DNA from: Alphaproteobacteria bacterium
Lineage (GTDB): Bacteria; Pseudomonadota; Alphaproteobacteria; UBA828
Direction of reading: 5' to 3'
Assembly: GCA_030604165.1 (NCBI GenBank)
Contig: JAUVWK010000001.1
Coordinates: 1-35,483 of the forward strand
Length of the DNA: 35,483 nucleotides
The notes beneath the pieces are model-generated. The model was not told where the DNA came from and did no database searches. It saw only the letters and a program-made list of their open reading frames with translations. Shown piece after piece: positions 10,477 through 21,557 of the stretch (positions are counted from its first letter, which is position 1; each line of letters starts with the position of its first letter). Made by a program: the position numbers and the translations under genes.

Positions 10477-12405
10477 GTGCTTCTCTATATCGCGCCCGTA
10501 TTTCTACCCCTGATCGGGGCGGCGATTGCTGGACTGTTCGGCCGTCTGATCGGCGCCCGCGCCTCGCAAGTCGTCTCGTGTCTGGCGATGGGCATTGCCG
10601 CCATACTGGCGGTCATCGTCTTCGACCGGGTGGCGATCGGCGGCGAGGTCCAGCAGGTCTACCTCTTCCAGTGGATCAGTTCCGGCGGCTTCGAGGTGGA
10701 TTGGGCCTTCCGGTACGACGCCCTGACCGCGGTGATGGTGTTCGTCGTTTCGATCGTCTCGTTCCTGATTCACGTCTATTCGATCGGCTACATGGCCCAT
10801 GACCCGCATATCCCGCGGTTCTTTGCCTATCTGTCGCTGTTCACCTTTTTCATGCTGGCGCTGATCACGGCGGACAACCTGCTGCAGCTTTATTTCGGCT
10901 GGGAAGGCGTCGGCCTGCTGTCCTATTTGCTGATCGGCTTTTGGTACAAGCGACCGGCGGCGAACTCCGCCGACATCAAGGCCTACGTTGTCAACCGCGT
11001 GGGCGATTTCGGCTTCGGCCTCGGCATCTTGGCGATCTTTCTGACGGTCGGCTCGATCAGCTATGACGCGGTGTTTAGCGCCGCGCCCGACCTGGCGGGG
11101 CGCAGCTTCGAATTTCTCGGCGGCCAGTTCGACATCCTCAACGTCGTCTGCATCCTGTTGTTCGTGGGCGCGATGGGCAAGTCGGCACAATTCCTGCTGC
11201 ACACCTGGCTGCCGGACGCCATGGAGGGTCCGACACCGGTCTCGGCGCTGATCCACGCCGCGACGATGGTGACCGCCGGCGTCTTCATGGTGGCGCGCAT
11301 GTCGCCGCTGTTCGAGTACGCGCCCGTCGCGCTCGCCGTCGTCACCGTGATCGGCGCCATCACGGCGATTTTCGCCGCCTTGATCGCGATCACACAAACC
11401 GACATCAAACGGGTCATCGCGTACTCGACCATGAGCCAGCTCGGCTACATGTTCTTCGCCTGCGGCGTCTCGGCCTATTCGGCGGCCATCTTTCACTTGG
11501 CCACCCACGCTTTCTTCAAGGCGCTCTTGTTCATGGGCGCGGGCGCCGTCATCCACGCCATGTCCGACGAGCAAGATATGCGCCGCATGGGCGGCCTGTG
11601 GAAGCTGATTCCCGTGACCTACGGCTTGATGTGGGTGGGTAGCTTGGCGCTGGCCGGGATCCCGTTCTTCTCCGGTTTTTTCTCGAAAGACATCATTTTG
11701 GAATCGGCCTTTGCCGCGCATACCGGTCTGGGCCAGTTCGCGTTCTGGGCGGGCATCGCGGCCGCGGCCCTCACGGCCCTATATTCGTGGCGCCTGATCA
11801 TTCTTACCTTCCACGGCAAATCGCGGGCGGACGAGCAAGTCCTGGCCCATGTGCACGAGGCGCCGCCGGTGATGACCATTCCGAACGTGCTGCTCGCGAT
11901 TGGCGCTATCGGCGCCGGATATCTGTTGCTGCCGCTGGTCGCCGCCGACGGCGCGTTCTGGGGCGACGCCATCTTCGTTTTGCCCGGGCACGAGGCGCTC
12001 GAAGCGGCGCATCACGTCGATTTCTGGGTCAAGGCGCTACCGACCATCGTGGCCGTGCTCGGCATCGGCGCGGCTTATCTCGCCTACATGGCGTGGCCCG
12101 CCTTGCCGGGCGCCATCGCGGCGCGGCTGCGGCCCTTGTATCTGCTTTCCCTCAACAAGGGCTATGTCGACGAGCTCTACGACTTTGTCTTCGTTCGCCC
12201 GGCCATGTATCTCGGCCGCGGCCTGTGGAAACAGGGCGACGGCGCGGTGATCGACGGCGTCGGCCCGGATGGCTTGGCGGCCGCCGCCTTGGTCCTGGCG
12301 CGCCGGGCGGTTCGGCTGCAGAGCGGCTATCTCTATCACTACGCCTTTGCCATGTTGATCGGTCTGGCCGCGATCGTCACATGGTATTTGTTAGCCCGCA
12401 CGTGA
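10477..12405 (+). CDS. nuoL: NADH-quinone oxidoreductase subunit L
   Basis: 642 aa antiporter-like subunit with [15 protein letters not shown] and [13 protein letters not shown] motifs. GTG start as in the ORF track. Confidence 0.96.
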   Translation: MLLYIAPVFLPLIGAAIAGLFGRLIGARASQVVSCLAMGIAAILAVIVFDRVAIGGEVQQVYLFQWISSGGFEVDWAFRYDALTAVMVFVVSIVSFLIHVYSIGYMAHDPHIPRFFAYLSLFTFFMLALITADNLLQLYFGWEGVGLLSYLLIGFWYKRPAANSADIKAYVVNRVGDFGFGLGILAIFLTVGSISYDAVFSAAPDLAGRSFEFLGGQFDILNVVCILLFVGAMGKSAQFLLHTWLPDAMEGPTPVSALIHAATMVTAGVFMVARMSPLFEYAPVALAVVTVIGAITAIFAALIAITQTDIKRVIAYSTMSQLGYMFFACGVSAYSAAIFHLATHAFFKALLFMGAGAVIHAMSDEQDMRRMGGLWKLIPVTYGLMWVGSLALAGIPFFSGFFSKDIILESAFAAHTGLGQFAFWAGIAAAALTALYSWRLIILTFHGKSRADEQVLAHVHEAPPVMTIPNVLLAIGAIGAGYLLLPLVAADGAFWGDAIFVLPGHEALEAAHHVDFWVKALPTIVAVLGIGAAYLAYMAWPALPGAIAARLRPLYLLSLNKGYVDELYDFVFVRPAMYLGRGLWKQGDGAVIDGVGPDGLAAAALVLARRAVRLQSGYLYHYAFAMLIGLAAIVTWYLLART

Positions 12406-12415
12406 TGGGAGCGGC

Positions 12416-13963
12416 ATGACCGATTGGCCCATTCTTTCGACCGTCACGTTCCTGCCGCTGGTCGGGGCCGCGTTCATTTTTATGATTCGCGGCGACGAGC
12501 AGACCATCGCGCGCAATGCGCGTCATGTCGGGCTCTGGACCTCGGTCGTCACCTTCGCGCTGTCGCTCTTGGTGGTCGCACGATTCGACACCTCCACCGC
12601 GGACTTTCAGTTCGTGGAGAATGTCGCCTGGATCCCCGAATACAGCATCGGCTATCACCTGGGCGTTGACGGCATTTCGGTCTTCTTCCTGGTCCTGACC
12701 ACTTTCCTGGTGCCGATTTGCCTGTTCTCGAGCTGGACTTCGGTCACGACCAGGGTGCGCGAATATGTGATCGCTTTCCTGATCATGGAAACGCTCATGG
12801 TCGGCGTCTTCTGCGCCCTCGATTTCATCATGTTCTACATTTTCTTCGAGGGCATGTTGCTGCCGATGTTCCTGATCATCGGGGTCTGGGGCGGCCGGGG
12901 CCGGGTCTACGCGGCGTTCAAGTTCTTCCTCTATACGCTGGTCGGCTCGGTGCTGTTCCTGTTGGCCATTCTCTTCATGTATCTCGAAGTCGGTACCACC
13001 GACATTCCGACTCTGCTCGAATACACCTTCGCGCCGGAGCTTCAGACCTGGCTCTGGCTCGCGCTGTTCGCGTCTTTCGCCGTAAAGGTTCCCATGTGGC
13101 CGTTCCACACTTGGTTGCCCGATGCGCATGTCGAGGCGCCCACGGCGGGGTCGGTGATTCTCGCGGGCATTCTCCTGAAGATGGGCGGCTACGGCTTCCT
13201 GCGCTTCTCGCTGCCCATGCTGCCGGACGCCAGCGTGTTCTTCATGCCTTTCATCTTCAGCCTCAGCGTGATCGCGATCATCTACACCTCGCTGGTCGCG
13301 TTGATGCAAGAAGACATGAAGAAGCTGATCGCCTATTCGTCGGTCGCTCATATGGGCATCGTGACGATCGGCATTTTCACCTTTACCGCCCAGGGCATCG
13401 AGGGTGGCATCATTCAGATGCTGAGCCACGGCATCGTCTCGGCCGCGCTGTTCCTCTGCGTCGGCGTTGTCTACGACCGCATTCATTCGCGCGAGATCGC
13501 GAGTTATGGCGGCCTGGTTCGACGCATGCCGGTCTACGCGGTCGTCTTTATGGTGTTTACGCTGGCGGCCGTCGGCCTGCCTGGAACCAGCGGCTTCGTC
13601 GGCGAGTTCCTGGTCATGGTCGGCATTTTCCAGGTCAATACCTGGGTCGCGGTGCTGGCGTTGACCGGAATCATCCTGGGCGCGGCCTATATGCTGTGGC
13701 TTTATCGGCGCGTTATCTTCGGCGAGCTCACCAAGGAAAATCTCAAGTCGATCACCGACCTAAATTGGCGCGAGATCGCCGTATTCGCGCCGCTCATCGG
13801 CCTGGCGTTGTTCATGGGCATCTATCCGACGCCGTTTCTCGAGGTGCTGCACGTGTCCGTCGCCCAGCTCATGGACCAGCCGGCCTTCGCCAAGCTTGGC
13901 GAAGGCGGGGTGAGCGTGGCGAGCGTGATCCCGGACCTGCCGTTCACCTCGGCGCTGAAGTAG
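12416..13963 (+). CDS. nuoM: NADH-quinone oxidoreductase subunit M
   Basis: 515 aa antiporter-like subunit with [31 protein letters not shown]. Confidence 0.97.
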   Translation: MTDWPILSTVTFLPLVGAAFIFMIRGDEQTIARNARHVGLWTSVVTFALSLLVVARFDTSTADFQFVENVAWIPEYSIGYHLGVDGISVFFLVLTTFLVPICLFSSWTSVTTRVREYVIAFLIMETLMVGVFCALDFIMFYIFFEGMLLPMFLIIGVWGGRGRVYAAFKFFLYTLVGSVLFLLAILFMYLEVGTTDIPTLLEYTFAPELQTWLWLALFASFAVKVPMWPFHTWLPDAHVEAPTAGSVILAGILLKMGGYGFLRFSLPMLPDASVFFMPFIFSLSVIAIIYTSLVALMQEDMKKLIAYSSVAHMGIVTIGIFTFTAQGIEGGIIQMLSHGIVSAALFLCVGVVYDRIHSREIASYGGLVRRMPVYAVVFMVFTLAAVGLPGTSGFVGEFLVMVGIFQVNTWVAVLALTGIILGAAYMLWLYRRVIFGELTKENLKSITDLNWREIAVFAPLIGLALFMGIYPTPFLEVLHVSVAQLMDQPAFAKLGEGGVSVASVIPDLPFTSALK

Positions 13964-13973
13964 GAAGGCTCGC

Positions 13974-15434
13974 ATGACCGAATTGGCGAACCCCAACTAC
14001 TTGGCGGCGCTGCCCGAGATGTTTCTGGCGGCGGCGGCGGCCGTCCTGCTCATGATCGGCGTCTTCGTCGGCAATCGCTCGACCACGGCGCTGACACTCT
14101 TGAGTGCCCTGGCGATGGCGGCGGCGTTCATCATGGTGCTGGTCGCGCCGGATGAGCGCGCCACGGCCTTTGGCGGCTTGTTCGTCACCGACACCTTCTC
14201 GACCTTCATGAAATGCCTGGTTTTGATCGGGGCGTCGGTCACGTTGATCATGGGGCTCGGCTATGTGAAACGGGAGGGCATGGCGCGCTTCGAGTTCCCG
14301 GTGCTGATCCTGTTCGCCTCGGTCGGCATGCTGATGATGATTTCGGCGAACGACCTGATCGCGCTCTATATCGGCCTCGAGCTGCAAAGCCTTTCGCTTT
14401 ACATCCTTGCGGCCTTCCGGCGCGATGCCGTGCGCTCGAGTGAGGCCGGGCTGAAATATTTCGTGCTCGGCGCGCTTTCTTCGGGCTTCCTGCTTTATGG
14501 CTGTTCGATGGTTTACGGCTTCACCGGCGCCACCAATTTCGAGGCGATCGCGGCCGCGGTCGCCAGTGGCGGCGAAGCCGGAGCGGCCGGGCCGATCGGT
14601 ATCCTGATCGGGCTGGTCTTCATCGCCGTCGCGCTGGCCTTCAAGATCTCGGCCGTGCCGTTCCATATGTGGACGCCCGACGTTTACGAAGGCGCACCGA
14701 CCCCGGTTACGGCGTTTTTCGCCGCCGCGCCCAAGATCGCCGCGATGGCGCTTTTGCTTCGGGTATTTCTGGGACCGTTCCAGGAGCTGGTCGAGCAATG
14801 GGAGCAGATCATCCTCTTCGTCTCGATTGCCTCCATGGCGCTCGGCGCCTTGGCCGCGATCGGCCAAACCAACATCAAGCGGCTGATGGCTTACAGCTCT
14901 ATCGGGCATGTCGGCTATGCACTGGTAGGGCTTGCGGCCGGCACGCCGGAAGGCGTCCGCGGCGTGATCATATATTTGACGATCTACATGGTCATGAGCC
15001 TCGGCGCCTTCAGCTGTATCCTGGCGATGCGCCAGAAAGGCCAGATGGTCGAGCAGATCTCCGATCTGGCCGGGCTCTCCAAGACCAATCCGCTGATGGC
15101 CTTCTCGTTCGCGGTTTTCATGTTTTCGATGGCGGGAATACCGCCGCTCGCCGGCTTCTTCGGCAAGCTCTACGTCTTTCTTGCGGCGATCGATGCCGGG
15201 CTCTACGGCCTCGCCATCGTGGGCGTTCTGACCAGCGTGGTGGGCGCGTTCTATTACATTCGCATCGTCAAGCTCATGTATTTCGACGAGCCCGCCGCGC
15301 CGCTAGACCGGCCGATCGGCGTCGAGCTCTCCGTCGTGCTGGCGGGGACCGGTATCGTGACGGTCCTATTCTTCGCCTATCCGACGCCAGTGCTGATCGG
15401 GGCGCAGGCGGCGGCGGCGTCGCTCTTTCCTTGA
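13974..15434 (+). CDS. nuoN: NADH-quinone oxidoreductase subunit N
   Basis: 486 aa antiporter-like subunit with FHMWTPDVYEGAPTPVTAF. Last gene of the nuo cluster. Confidence 0.97.
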   Translation: MTELANPNYLAALPEMFLAAAAAVLLMIGVFVGNRSTTALTLLSALAMAAAFIMVLVAPDERATAFGGLFVTDTFSTFMKCLVLIGASVTLIMGLGYVKREGMARFEFPVLILFASVGMLMMISANDLIALYIGLELQSLSLYILAAFRRDAVRSSEAGLKYFVLGALSSGFLLYGCSMVYGFTGATNFEAIAAAVASGGEAGAAGPIGILIGLVFIAVALAFKISAVPFHMWTPDVYEGAPTPVTAFFAAAPKIAAMALLLRVFLGPFQELVEQWEQIILFVSIASMALGALAAIGQTNIKRLMAYSSIGHVGYALVGLAAGTPEGVRGVIIYLTIYMVMSLGAFSCILAMRQKGQMVEQISDLAGLSKTNPLMAFSFAVFMFSMAGIPPLAGFFGKLYVFLAAIDAGLYGLAIVGVLTSVVGAFYYIRIVKLMYFDEPAAPLDRPIGVELSVVLAGTGIVTVLFFAYPTPVLIGAQAAAASLFP

Positions 15435-15453
15435 GGGTGCGGGCCCTACCGCC

Positions 15454-16245
15454 GTGTCCGCTCCGAGCCTTCCCGAGGGTTTTCGACTGCTCCGCTTCGA
15501 GGCGGTCGGTAGCACCAACGAAGAAGCCAAGAACCGCGCCAAGGCCGGCGCGCCCGACGGCACGGTGGTTTGGGCGCGGGAGCAGCGAACGGGTCGGGGT
15601 CGGCGCGGCAGTCGCTGGCACTCGCCGCCGGGCAATCTCTATAGCTCGACCGTTTTGCGGCCCGATTGCGATCCGCACGCCGCCGCGCAAGTTTCCTTCG
15701 TGGCGGCGCTTGCGGTCGCTGACCTGTTGGCCGCGCTGTTGCCGGAGACCGTCGAGATCCGTTGCAAGTGGCCCAACGATGTCTTGCTCTCCGGCCGCAA
15801 GGTTTCGGGTATTCTACTCGAGTCCTCGACCACGGCGGCGGGGCGCCTCGACTGGTTGGTGCTTGGCGTGGGCGTGAATCTGGTCCAGCATCCGGGTCTC
15901 GGCGGTCCGCACCCTTCGACCAGTTTGCGCGAGTTCGGCGGGCCCGAAGTGTCGGTGGAGACTGCGTTGGTGACCTACCTGGCGGCGCTCGCCGATTGGC
16001 GGGCACGTTGGCGGAACGCTGGCTTTTCGGTGATTCGTCGCGCCTGGTTGGCGCGGGCGTTCGGACTCGGCCGGCCGATCACCGTCAAGCTCGACCGAAC
16101 CGCGCTCGAAGGGCGTTTTGCCGACCTCGACGCAACCGGGGCGCTCGTGCTCGAATTGCCGGATGGGGCGCGGCGTACGGTGACGGCCGGCGAGGTGTTT
16201 TTTCCGGACGCTGTGCAGGATACGGCTCATGCTGCTCGCGATTGA
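15454..16245 (+). CDS. birA: Biotin--[acetyl-CoA-carboxylase] ligase, short (group I) form without an N-terminal HTH
   Basis: 263 aa with the GRGRRGSRWHSPPGNLY biotin/AMP motif and KWPNDVL. The length leaves no room for the DNA-binding wing found in E. coli BirA. GTG start. Confidence 0.92.
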   Translation: MSAPSLPEGFRLLRFEAVGSTNEEAKNRAKAGAPDGTVVWAREQRTGRGRRGSRWHSPPGNLYSSTVLRPDCDPHAAAQVSFVAALAVADLLAALLPETVEIRCKWPNDVLLSGRKVSGILLESSTTAAGRLDWLVLGVGVNLVQHPGLGGPHPSTSLREFGGPEVSVETALVTYLAALADWRARWRNAGFSVIRRAWLARAFGLGRPITVKLDRTALEGRFADLDATGALVLELPDGARRTVTAGEVFFPDAVQDTAHAARD

Positions 16246-17020
16246 CGTTGGCAATACCAATTCGGTGTTCGCCGTCTTTTCCCTCGAGCGCGCCGACATG
16301 GCTTTGCGCGGGCAGTGGCGCGCCGCCACCGACGCCAACCGCACGGCCGATGAATACGCGGTCTGGCTCGGTCAATTGTTGGCGGGCGCGGCGCTTAAGC
16401 TCGACGGTGTGACCGCGGCCATTATCTCTACCGTCGTGCCCCAAGGCCTGACGGCGCTGCGCGGCTTGTGCGAGCGCTATTGCGGTTGCGCGCCGCTGGT
16501 GATCGGCGAGCCAGGCGTTGACCTTGGCATCGGCGTTAACGTCGGCCGGCCGGAGGAGGTCGGTGCCGACCGCCTAGCCAACGCGGTGGGTGCGCACGCA
16601 CGCTACGAAGGAGCCCTCATCGTCCTCGATTTCGGCACCGCGACGACCTTCGACGCGATCGCGCCGAACGGCGACTATGAGGGGGGCGTTATAGCGCCTG
16701 GCATCAACTTGTCGCTGGAAGCGCTGCATCGGGCGGCGGCGCAGCTCCCGCGCATCGCCGTATCGAAGCCCGAGCGTGTCATCGGCAAGGGGACGGTGGC
16801 GGCCATGCAATCGGGTATCTATTGGGGGTATGTCGGCCTGATCGAGGGTATCGTCGCGGGCATGAAGGCGGAATATGACGCTGCCATGACCACCGTGGCG
16901 ACCGGCGGCCTGGCCTCGCTGTTCGCGGACGCGACCCGCGCCATCGATATCGACGATCCAGACCTGACCATCGCCGGATTGCTCGAGGTATTTCAACGCA
17001 ACCGGCCCGAGCGCGCATGA
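16229..17020 (+). CDS. coaX: Type III pantothenate kinase
   Basis: 263 aa with MLLAIDVGNTN and LDFGTATTFD ASKHA-fold motifs. Overlaps the birA 3' end. Confidence 0.93.
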   Translation: MLLAIDVGNTNSVFAVFSLERADMALRGQWRAATDANRTADEYAVWLGQLLAGAALKLDGVTAAIISTVVPQGLTALRGLCERYCGCAPLVIGEPGVDLGIGVNVGRPEEVGADRLANAVGAHARYEGALIVLDFGTATTFDAIAPNGDYEGGVIAPGINLSLEALHRAAAQLPRIAVSKPERVIGKGTVAAMQSGIYWGYVGLIEGIVAGMKAEYDAAMTTVATGGLASLFADATRAIDIDDPDLTIAGLLEVFQRNRPERA

Positions 17021-18684
17021 CCGACGCGCTCGCCCTCGATCCTGAGGCCCTGCATTTTCTGCCGCTTGGCGGGAGCGGCGAGATCGGCATGAACCTCAAC
17101 CTCTACGGCTGCCGGGGCAAGTGGTTGATGGTCGACCTCGGCATCACCTTCGCCGATGCGGGGCTGCCTGGGGTGAATGTGATCGTCCCCGACCCGGCGT
17201 TCATCGAAGCGCACGCGGGCGACCTGCTCGGGCTGGTGTTGACCCATGCGCACGAAGACCATCTTGGCGCCGTACCTTATCTTTGGCCGAGGCTGCGCTG
17301 CCCGATCTATGCCACCCCGTTCACCGCTGCCGTGCTGCGCGGCAAGCTCGCGGACGCCGAGCTACTCGACCAGGTGCCACTGACCGAGGTGCCGCGTTCA
17401 GGCCGGCTGTCGCTCGATCCGTTCGCCATCGAATTCGTCTCCGTCGCTCACTCGATCCCGGAGGCTAACGCGTTGATCATCCGCACGCCGTTCGGCGATG
17501 TACTGCACACGGGCGATTGGAAACTCGATCCGGAGCCGCTGGTTGGCGGCGCAACCGACGAAGCGGCGCTCCGCGCGGCTGGCGACCGCGGGCTGCTGGC
17601 GATGATATGCGATTCCACCAACGTGCTGCGCGAAGGCGAATCGGGTTCGGAAGCGGCGGTGCGCGAGCGCCTGGTCGAGCTGGTGGGCCGCTGCGATAAG
17701 GGGCTCGCGGTGACGCAGTTCGCTTCCAATATCGCGCGCATGGCCTCTGTCGCCCACGCCGCGCAGGCCAGCGGGCGCGAGCTGGTGCTGGTGGGACGCG
17801 CGCTTTGGCGTTACGCCGCCGCCGCTCAACAGACCGGATATCTCGACGAGTCCGTACGGCTCTTGCGCGAGGAGGAGGGGGCGGAGCTGCGACCGCGCGA
17901 CGTGCTCTATCTGTGCACCGGCTGCCAGGGCGAGCCACGCGCGGCGATGGCCGGGATCGCGGCGGACACGCGCCGCGCGGTCAAGCTGACGACGGGCGAT
18001 ACGGTGATCTTCTCCTCCAAGGTCATTCCCGGCAACGAGCGCGCCATCGTGCGCGTGCATAATCGTCTGGTGCGGCGCGGCATCGCGGTAATCGCCGAAG
18101 AGGACGCCGCCGTGCACGTCTCGGGCCATCCCTGCCGCGACGAAATGGCGCGCATGTATCGCTGGGCCCGCCCCCGAATCGCGGTACCGGTGCACGGCGA
18201 GGCGCGGCACCTCAGCGAACACGCGGCGTTCGCCGAGCAGCTGCAAGTGCCCGAGAGCGTCGTCATCGGCAACGGCGACGTGCTGCGGCTCGCGCCCGGG
18301 TCGCCGGAAGTTGTCGAGGCGGTGCACGCCGGCCGACTGGCGGTCGACGGCACCCGGCTCGTGCCGCCCGACCATGCCTCGATCCGGGCGCGCCGCCGCC
18401 TGATGCAAAACGGCGTGGTGTTTATCGCGCTTGTGCTCGACCGCGGCGGCAAACTGGTCGCGGATCCGAACGTCGCCGCCCAGGGCATCATCGATACGGA
18501 TGAGGACGCGCCGGCTCGGGCCGAGGTTGCCGCCGCCGCGCGCGCCGCCATCGGCGCGTTGCGGGGAGCGCAGGCGCGGGACGTCGAGGCGATTCGCGAA
18601 GCGGCACGCGTTACGGCGCGGCGCGCGCTGCTCGCCAGCCACAGCCGGCGGCCCGTGATCGACGTGCAGATCGTACGGGTATAA
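17017..18684 (+). CDS. rnj: Ribonuclease J (metallo-beta-lactamase / beta-CASP family)
   Basis: 555 aa with the HAHEDHLG zinc motif near the N-terminus, and a length and layout typical of alphaproteobacterial RNase J. ATGA overlap with coaX. Confidence 0.88.
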   Translation: MTDALALDPEALHFLPLGGSGEIGMNLNLYGCRGKWLMVDLGITFADAGLPGVNVIVPDPAFIEAHAGDLLGLVLTHAHEDHLGAVPYLWPRLRCPIYATPFTAAVLRGKLADAELLDQVPLTEVPRSGRLSLDPFAIEFVSVAHSIPEANALIIRTPFGDVLHTGDWKLDPEPLVGGATDEAALRAAGDRGLLAMICDSTNVLREGESGSEAAVRERLVELVGRCDKGLAVTQFASNIARMASVAHAAQASGRELVLVGRALWRYAAAAQQTGYLDESVRLLREEEGAELRPRDVLYLCTGCQGEPRAAMAGIAADTRRAVKLTTGDTVIFSSKVIPGNERAIVRVHNRLVRRGIAVIAEEDAAVHVSGHPCRDEMARMYRWARPRIAVPVHGEARHLSEHAAFAEQLQVPESVVIGNGDVLRLAPGSPEVVEAVHAGRLAVDGTRLVPPDHASIRARRRLMQNGVVFIALVLDRGGKLVADPNVAAQGIIDTDEDAPARAEVAAAARAAIGALRGAQARDVEAIREAARVTARRALLASHSRRPVIDVQIVRV

Positions 18685-18687
18685 GGC

Positions 18688-19092
18688 ATGATCGGGAGCC
18701 TCAATCACGTCGCCATCGCGGTGCCGGATCTCGAGAGCGCGTGCCGGCTTTACCGCGACATCCTCGGCGCGGTCGTCTCGGCGCCCGTCGCGATGCCGGC
18801 GCACGGCGTCACCACCGTTTTCGTGGACTTGCCCAACACCAAGATCGAGCTGCTTCAGGCGCTTGGCGAGGATTCGCCGATCGCCGGTTTCCTCGCGCGC
18901 CGGCCCGAGGGCGGCATTCATCATGTCTGCTACGAGGTGGACGACATCATCGCCGCGCGCGACCGGCTGCTTGCCGCCGGTACCCGGGTGCTCGGCGACG
19001 GCGAGCCTCGTCTCGGCGCCCACGGCAAGCCCGTGTTGTTTCTGCATCCCAAGGATTTTTGCGGCACCCTGATCGAGCTCGAACAAGCCTGA
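18688..19092 (+). CDS. mce: Methylmalonyl-CoA epimerase (VOC/glyoxalase fold)
   Basis: 134 aa with MIGSLNHVAIAVPDL, GGIHHVCYEVDDI and FLHPKDFCGTLIELEQ, typical of the epimerase subgroup. Confidence 0.85.
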   Translation: MIGSLNHVAIAVPDLESACRLYRDILGAVVSAPVAMPAHGVTTVFVDLPNTKIELLQALGEDSPIAGFLARRPEGGIHHVCYEVDDIIAARDRLLAAGTRVLGDGEPRLGAHGKPVLFLHPKDFCGTLIELEQA

Positions 19093-19113
19093 TATCAAGC
19101 AGCGGTATAAGCC

Positions 19114-19356
19114 ATGGGCGCGCTCAGCATCATTCTGATTTTTGTTATCTTCTGGTGGATTGCCTGGTTCATCGTGCTGCCCTTCGGCATCAAGACCGTT
19201 GAAAATCCCGAGCCCGGCCATACCGAGAGCGCGCCGGTCAAGCCGCGGCTGTGGCTAAAGGCGGCCGTCACGAGCGGCATTTCCGCCGTGATCACCGGCG
19301 CCATCGTGGCCGTCGTCGCAGCGGGCTGGCTGTCGCTCCAGGATTTCGCCGAATGA
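19114..19356 (+). CDS. Small membrane protein, DUF1467 family
   Basis: 80 aa, two hydrophobic segments, IFWWIAWFIVLPFG motif. The position after mce matches my recollection of this family in Alphaproteobacteria. Confidence 0.75.
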   Translation: MGALSIILIFVIFWWIAWFIVLPFGIKTVENPEPGHTESAPVKPRLWLKAAVTSGISAVITGAIVAVVAAGWLSLQDFAE

Positions 19357-19895
19357 GCGCGCATTATTGCGACGCTGCCCCGGGGCATCCCTATCACGGC
19401 CCCTATCACGACACGGAATACGGCTTCCCGATTCGGGACGACAACGCGCTGTTCGAGCGCCTCATGCTCGAGATCAACCAGGCCGGGCTGTCGTGGCTGA
19501 CCGTCCTCAAGAAACGGAGCGCCTTTCGGGCGGCCTTCGATGGCTTCGATATCGACAAGGTGGCGCGCTATGGCGAGCGCCAGCGTGCCCGGTTGCTCCG
19601 GGACGCGGGCATCATCCGCAATCGGCTCAAGGTCAACGCCGCGATCGAGAACGCCCGGCGCCTGGTGACGATTGGCGAGACCGATGGCGGCTTCACCCGG
19701 TGGCTCGACTTCCATCACCCCCGCGCACTTGCCGCTTGGGTCAAGCTGTTCCGGGCCACCTTCAAATTCACCGGGCCCGAGATCGTGCGCGAGTTTCTGG
19801 TCAGTACCGGCTATCTACCCGAGGCGCACCGCAAGGACTGCCCGGTGTTCGCGACGATTGCAATCCTGGGCCCAGCTTGGATGAAGGTGCCATAG
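19353..19895 (+). CDS. tag: DNA-3-methyladenine glycosylase I
   Basis: YHDTEYGFP, LFERLMLEINQAGLSW, IIRNRLK and the C-terminal HRKDCP motif. Start placed at the ATG at 19353 (ATGA overlap with the DUF1467 stop) instead of the track start at 19251. Confidence 0.9.
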   Translation: MSAHYCDAAPGHPYHGPYHDTEYGFPIRDDNALFERLMLEINQAGLSWLTVLKKRSAFRAAFDGFDIDKVARYGERQRARLLRDAGIIRNRLKVNAAIENARRLVTIGETDGGFTRWLDFHHPRALAAWVKLFRATFKFTGPEIVREFLVSTGYLPEAHRKDCPVFATIAILGPAWMKVP

Positions 19896-19914
19896 AGCAA
19901 TTCAAGATCGAACG

Positions 19915-19991
19915 GCGCCGGCCCGCACCCCCTCCCGGTCGCCCTAAGCGTACACTGCCATGGGCGGCCGGGAGGGGGTGCGGGCCGGCGC
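19915..19991. repeat. Long GC-rich inverted repeat between the convergent tag and ino1 genes; probable bidirectional terminator or REP-like element
   Basis: Arms 19915-19938 (GCGCCGGCCCGCACCCCCTCCCGG) and 19968-19991 are perfect 24-nt reverse complements. Pairing extends inward through a T-G wobble (19939/19967) and CGCCC/GGGCG (19940-44/19962-66), leaving a 17-nt loop. Neither side has a clean T-tract. Confidence 0.7.
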
Positions 19992-20015
19992 GACCCCACG
20001 CCAGTGGGCAAGGCC

Positions 20016-21167
<1,152 letters not shown>

Positions 21168-21557
21168 AATTCTTTCGCTCCTTTTCAAGAATATTTATCG
21201 CCAACCGGAAAATGGTTGAAAGTATATCCGGCTAGACTTTGTTGTATTCGTCAAGTTTTCGACCACACAGCCGGACTGTGGGCGCACACAGTCCACTTTG
21301 CGAAGTCGCTCGGCGTCGGGTCGCATATTATTTTTTTTTACCGATGCCGCCGATTTCGGTCATCTTTTGTTCGTTTCAGTATGATGCCCGACGTAATAAC
21401 TGTATAACAATGATGGGAGCCGCTTTCAAGCGCTGTGCCGCGTTTAAGGCACATCGCCGCGCTGTCGCCAAGTCGGCTGCACGGGGGGCCAGGGCACCGG
21501 CCCCGGCCGCCGTGGGGGTCTGGGCGGCGCGCAATTCGACAAAGGTTCGACAGGGAT
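21168..21557. promoter_or_regulatory. Divergent control region between ino1 (-) and the methyltransferase (+)
   Basis: 390 bp without a credible ORF. My hand count over 21181-21420 gives 109/240 G+C (about 45%), against clearly above 60% elsewhere. Contains the palindrome GGACTGTG-N6-CACAGTCC (21273-21294), a T9 run (21331-21339) and the direct repeat TTCGACA-N4-TTCGACA (21535-21552). Promoters were not mapped. Confidence 0.55.

Noticed and set aside
14669-15877. Long same-strand alternative-frame ORFs: 402 aa across nuoN/birA, 419 aa at 12718-13977 inside nuoM, and 289 aa at 19367-20236.
   Set aside because: These are out-of-frame readings of confidently assigned genes or of the tag/ino1 spacer. 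Arg/Pro/Gly-rich composition is typical of frame-shifted high-GC sequence.
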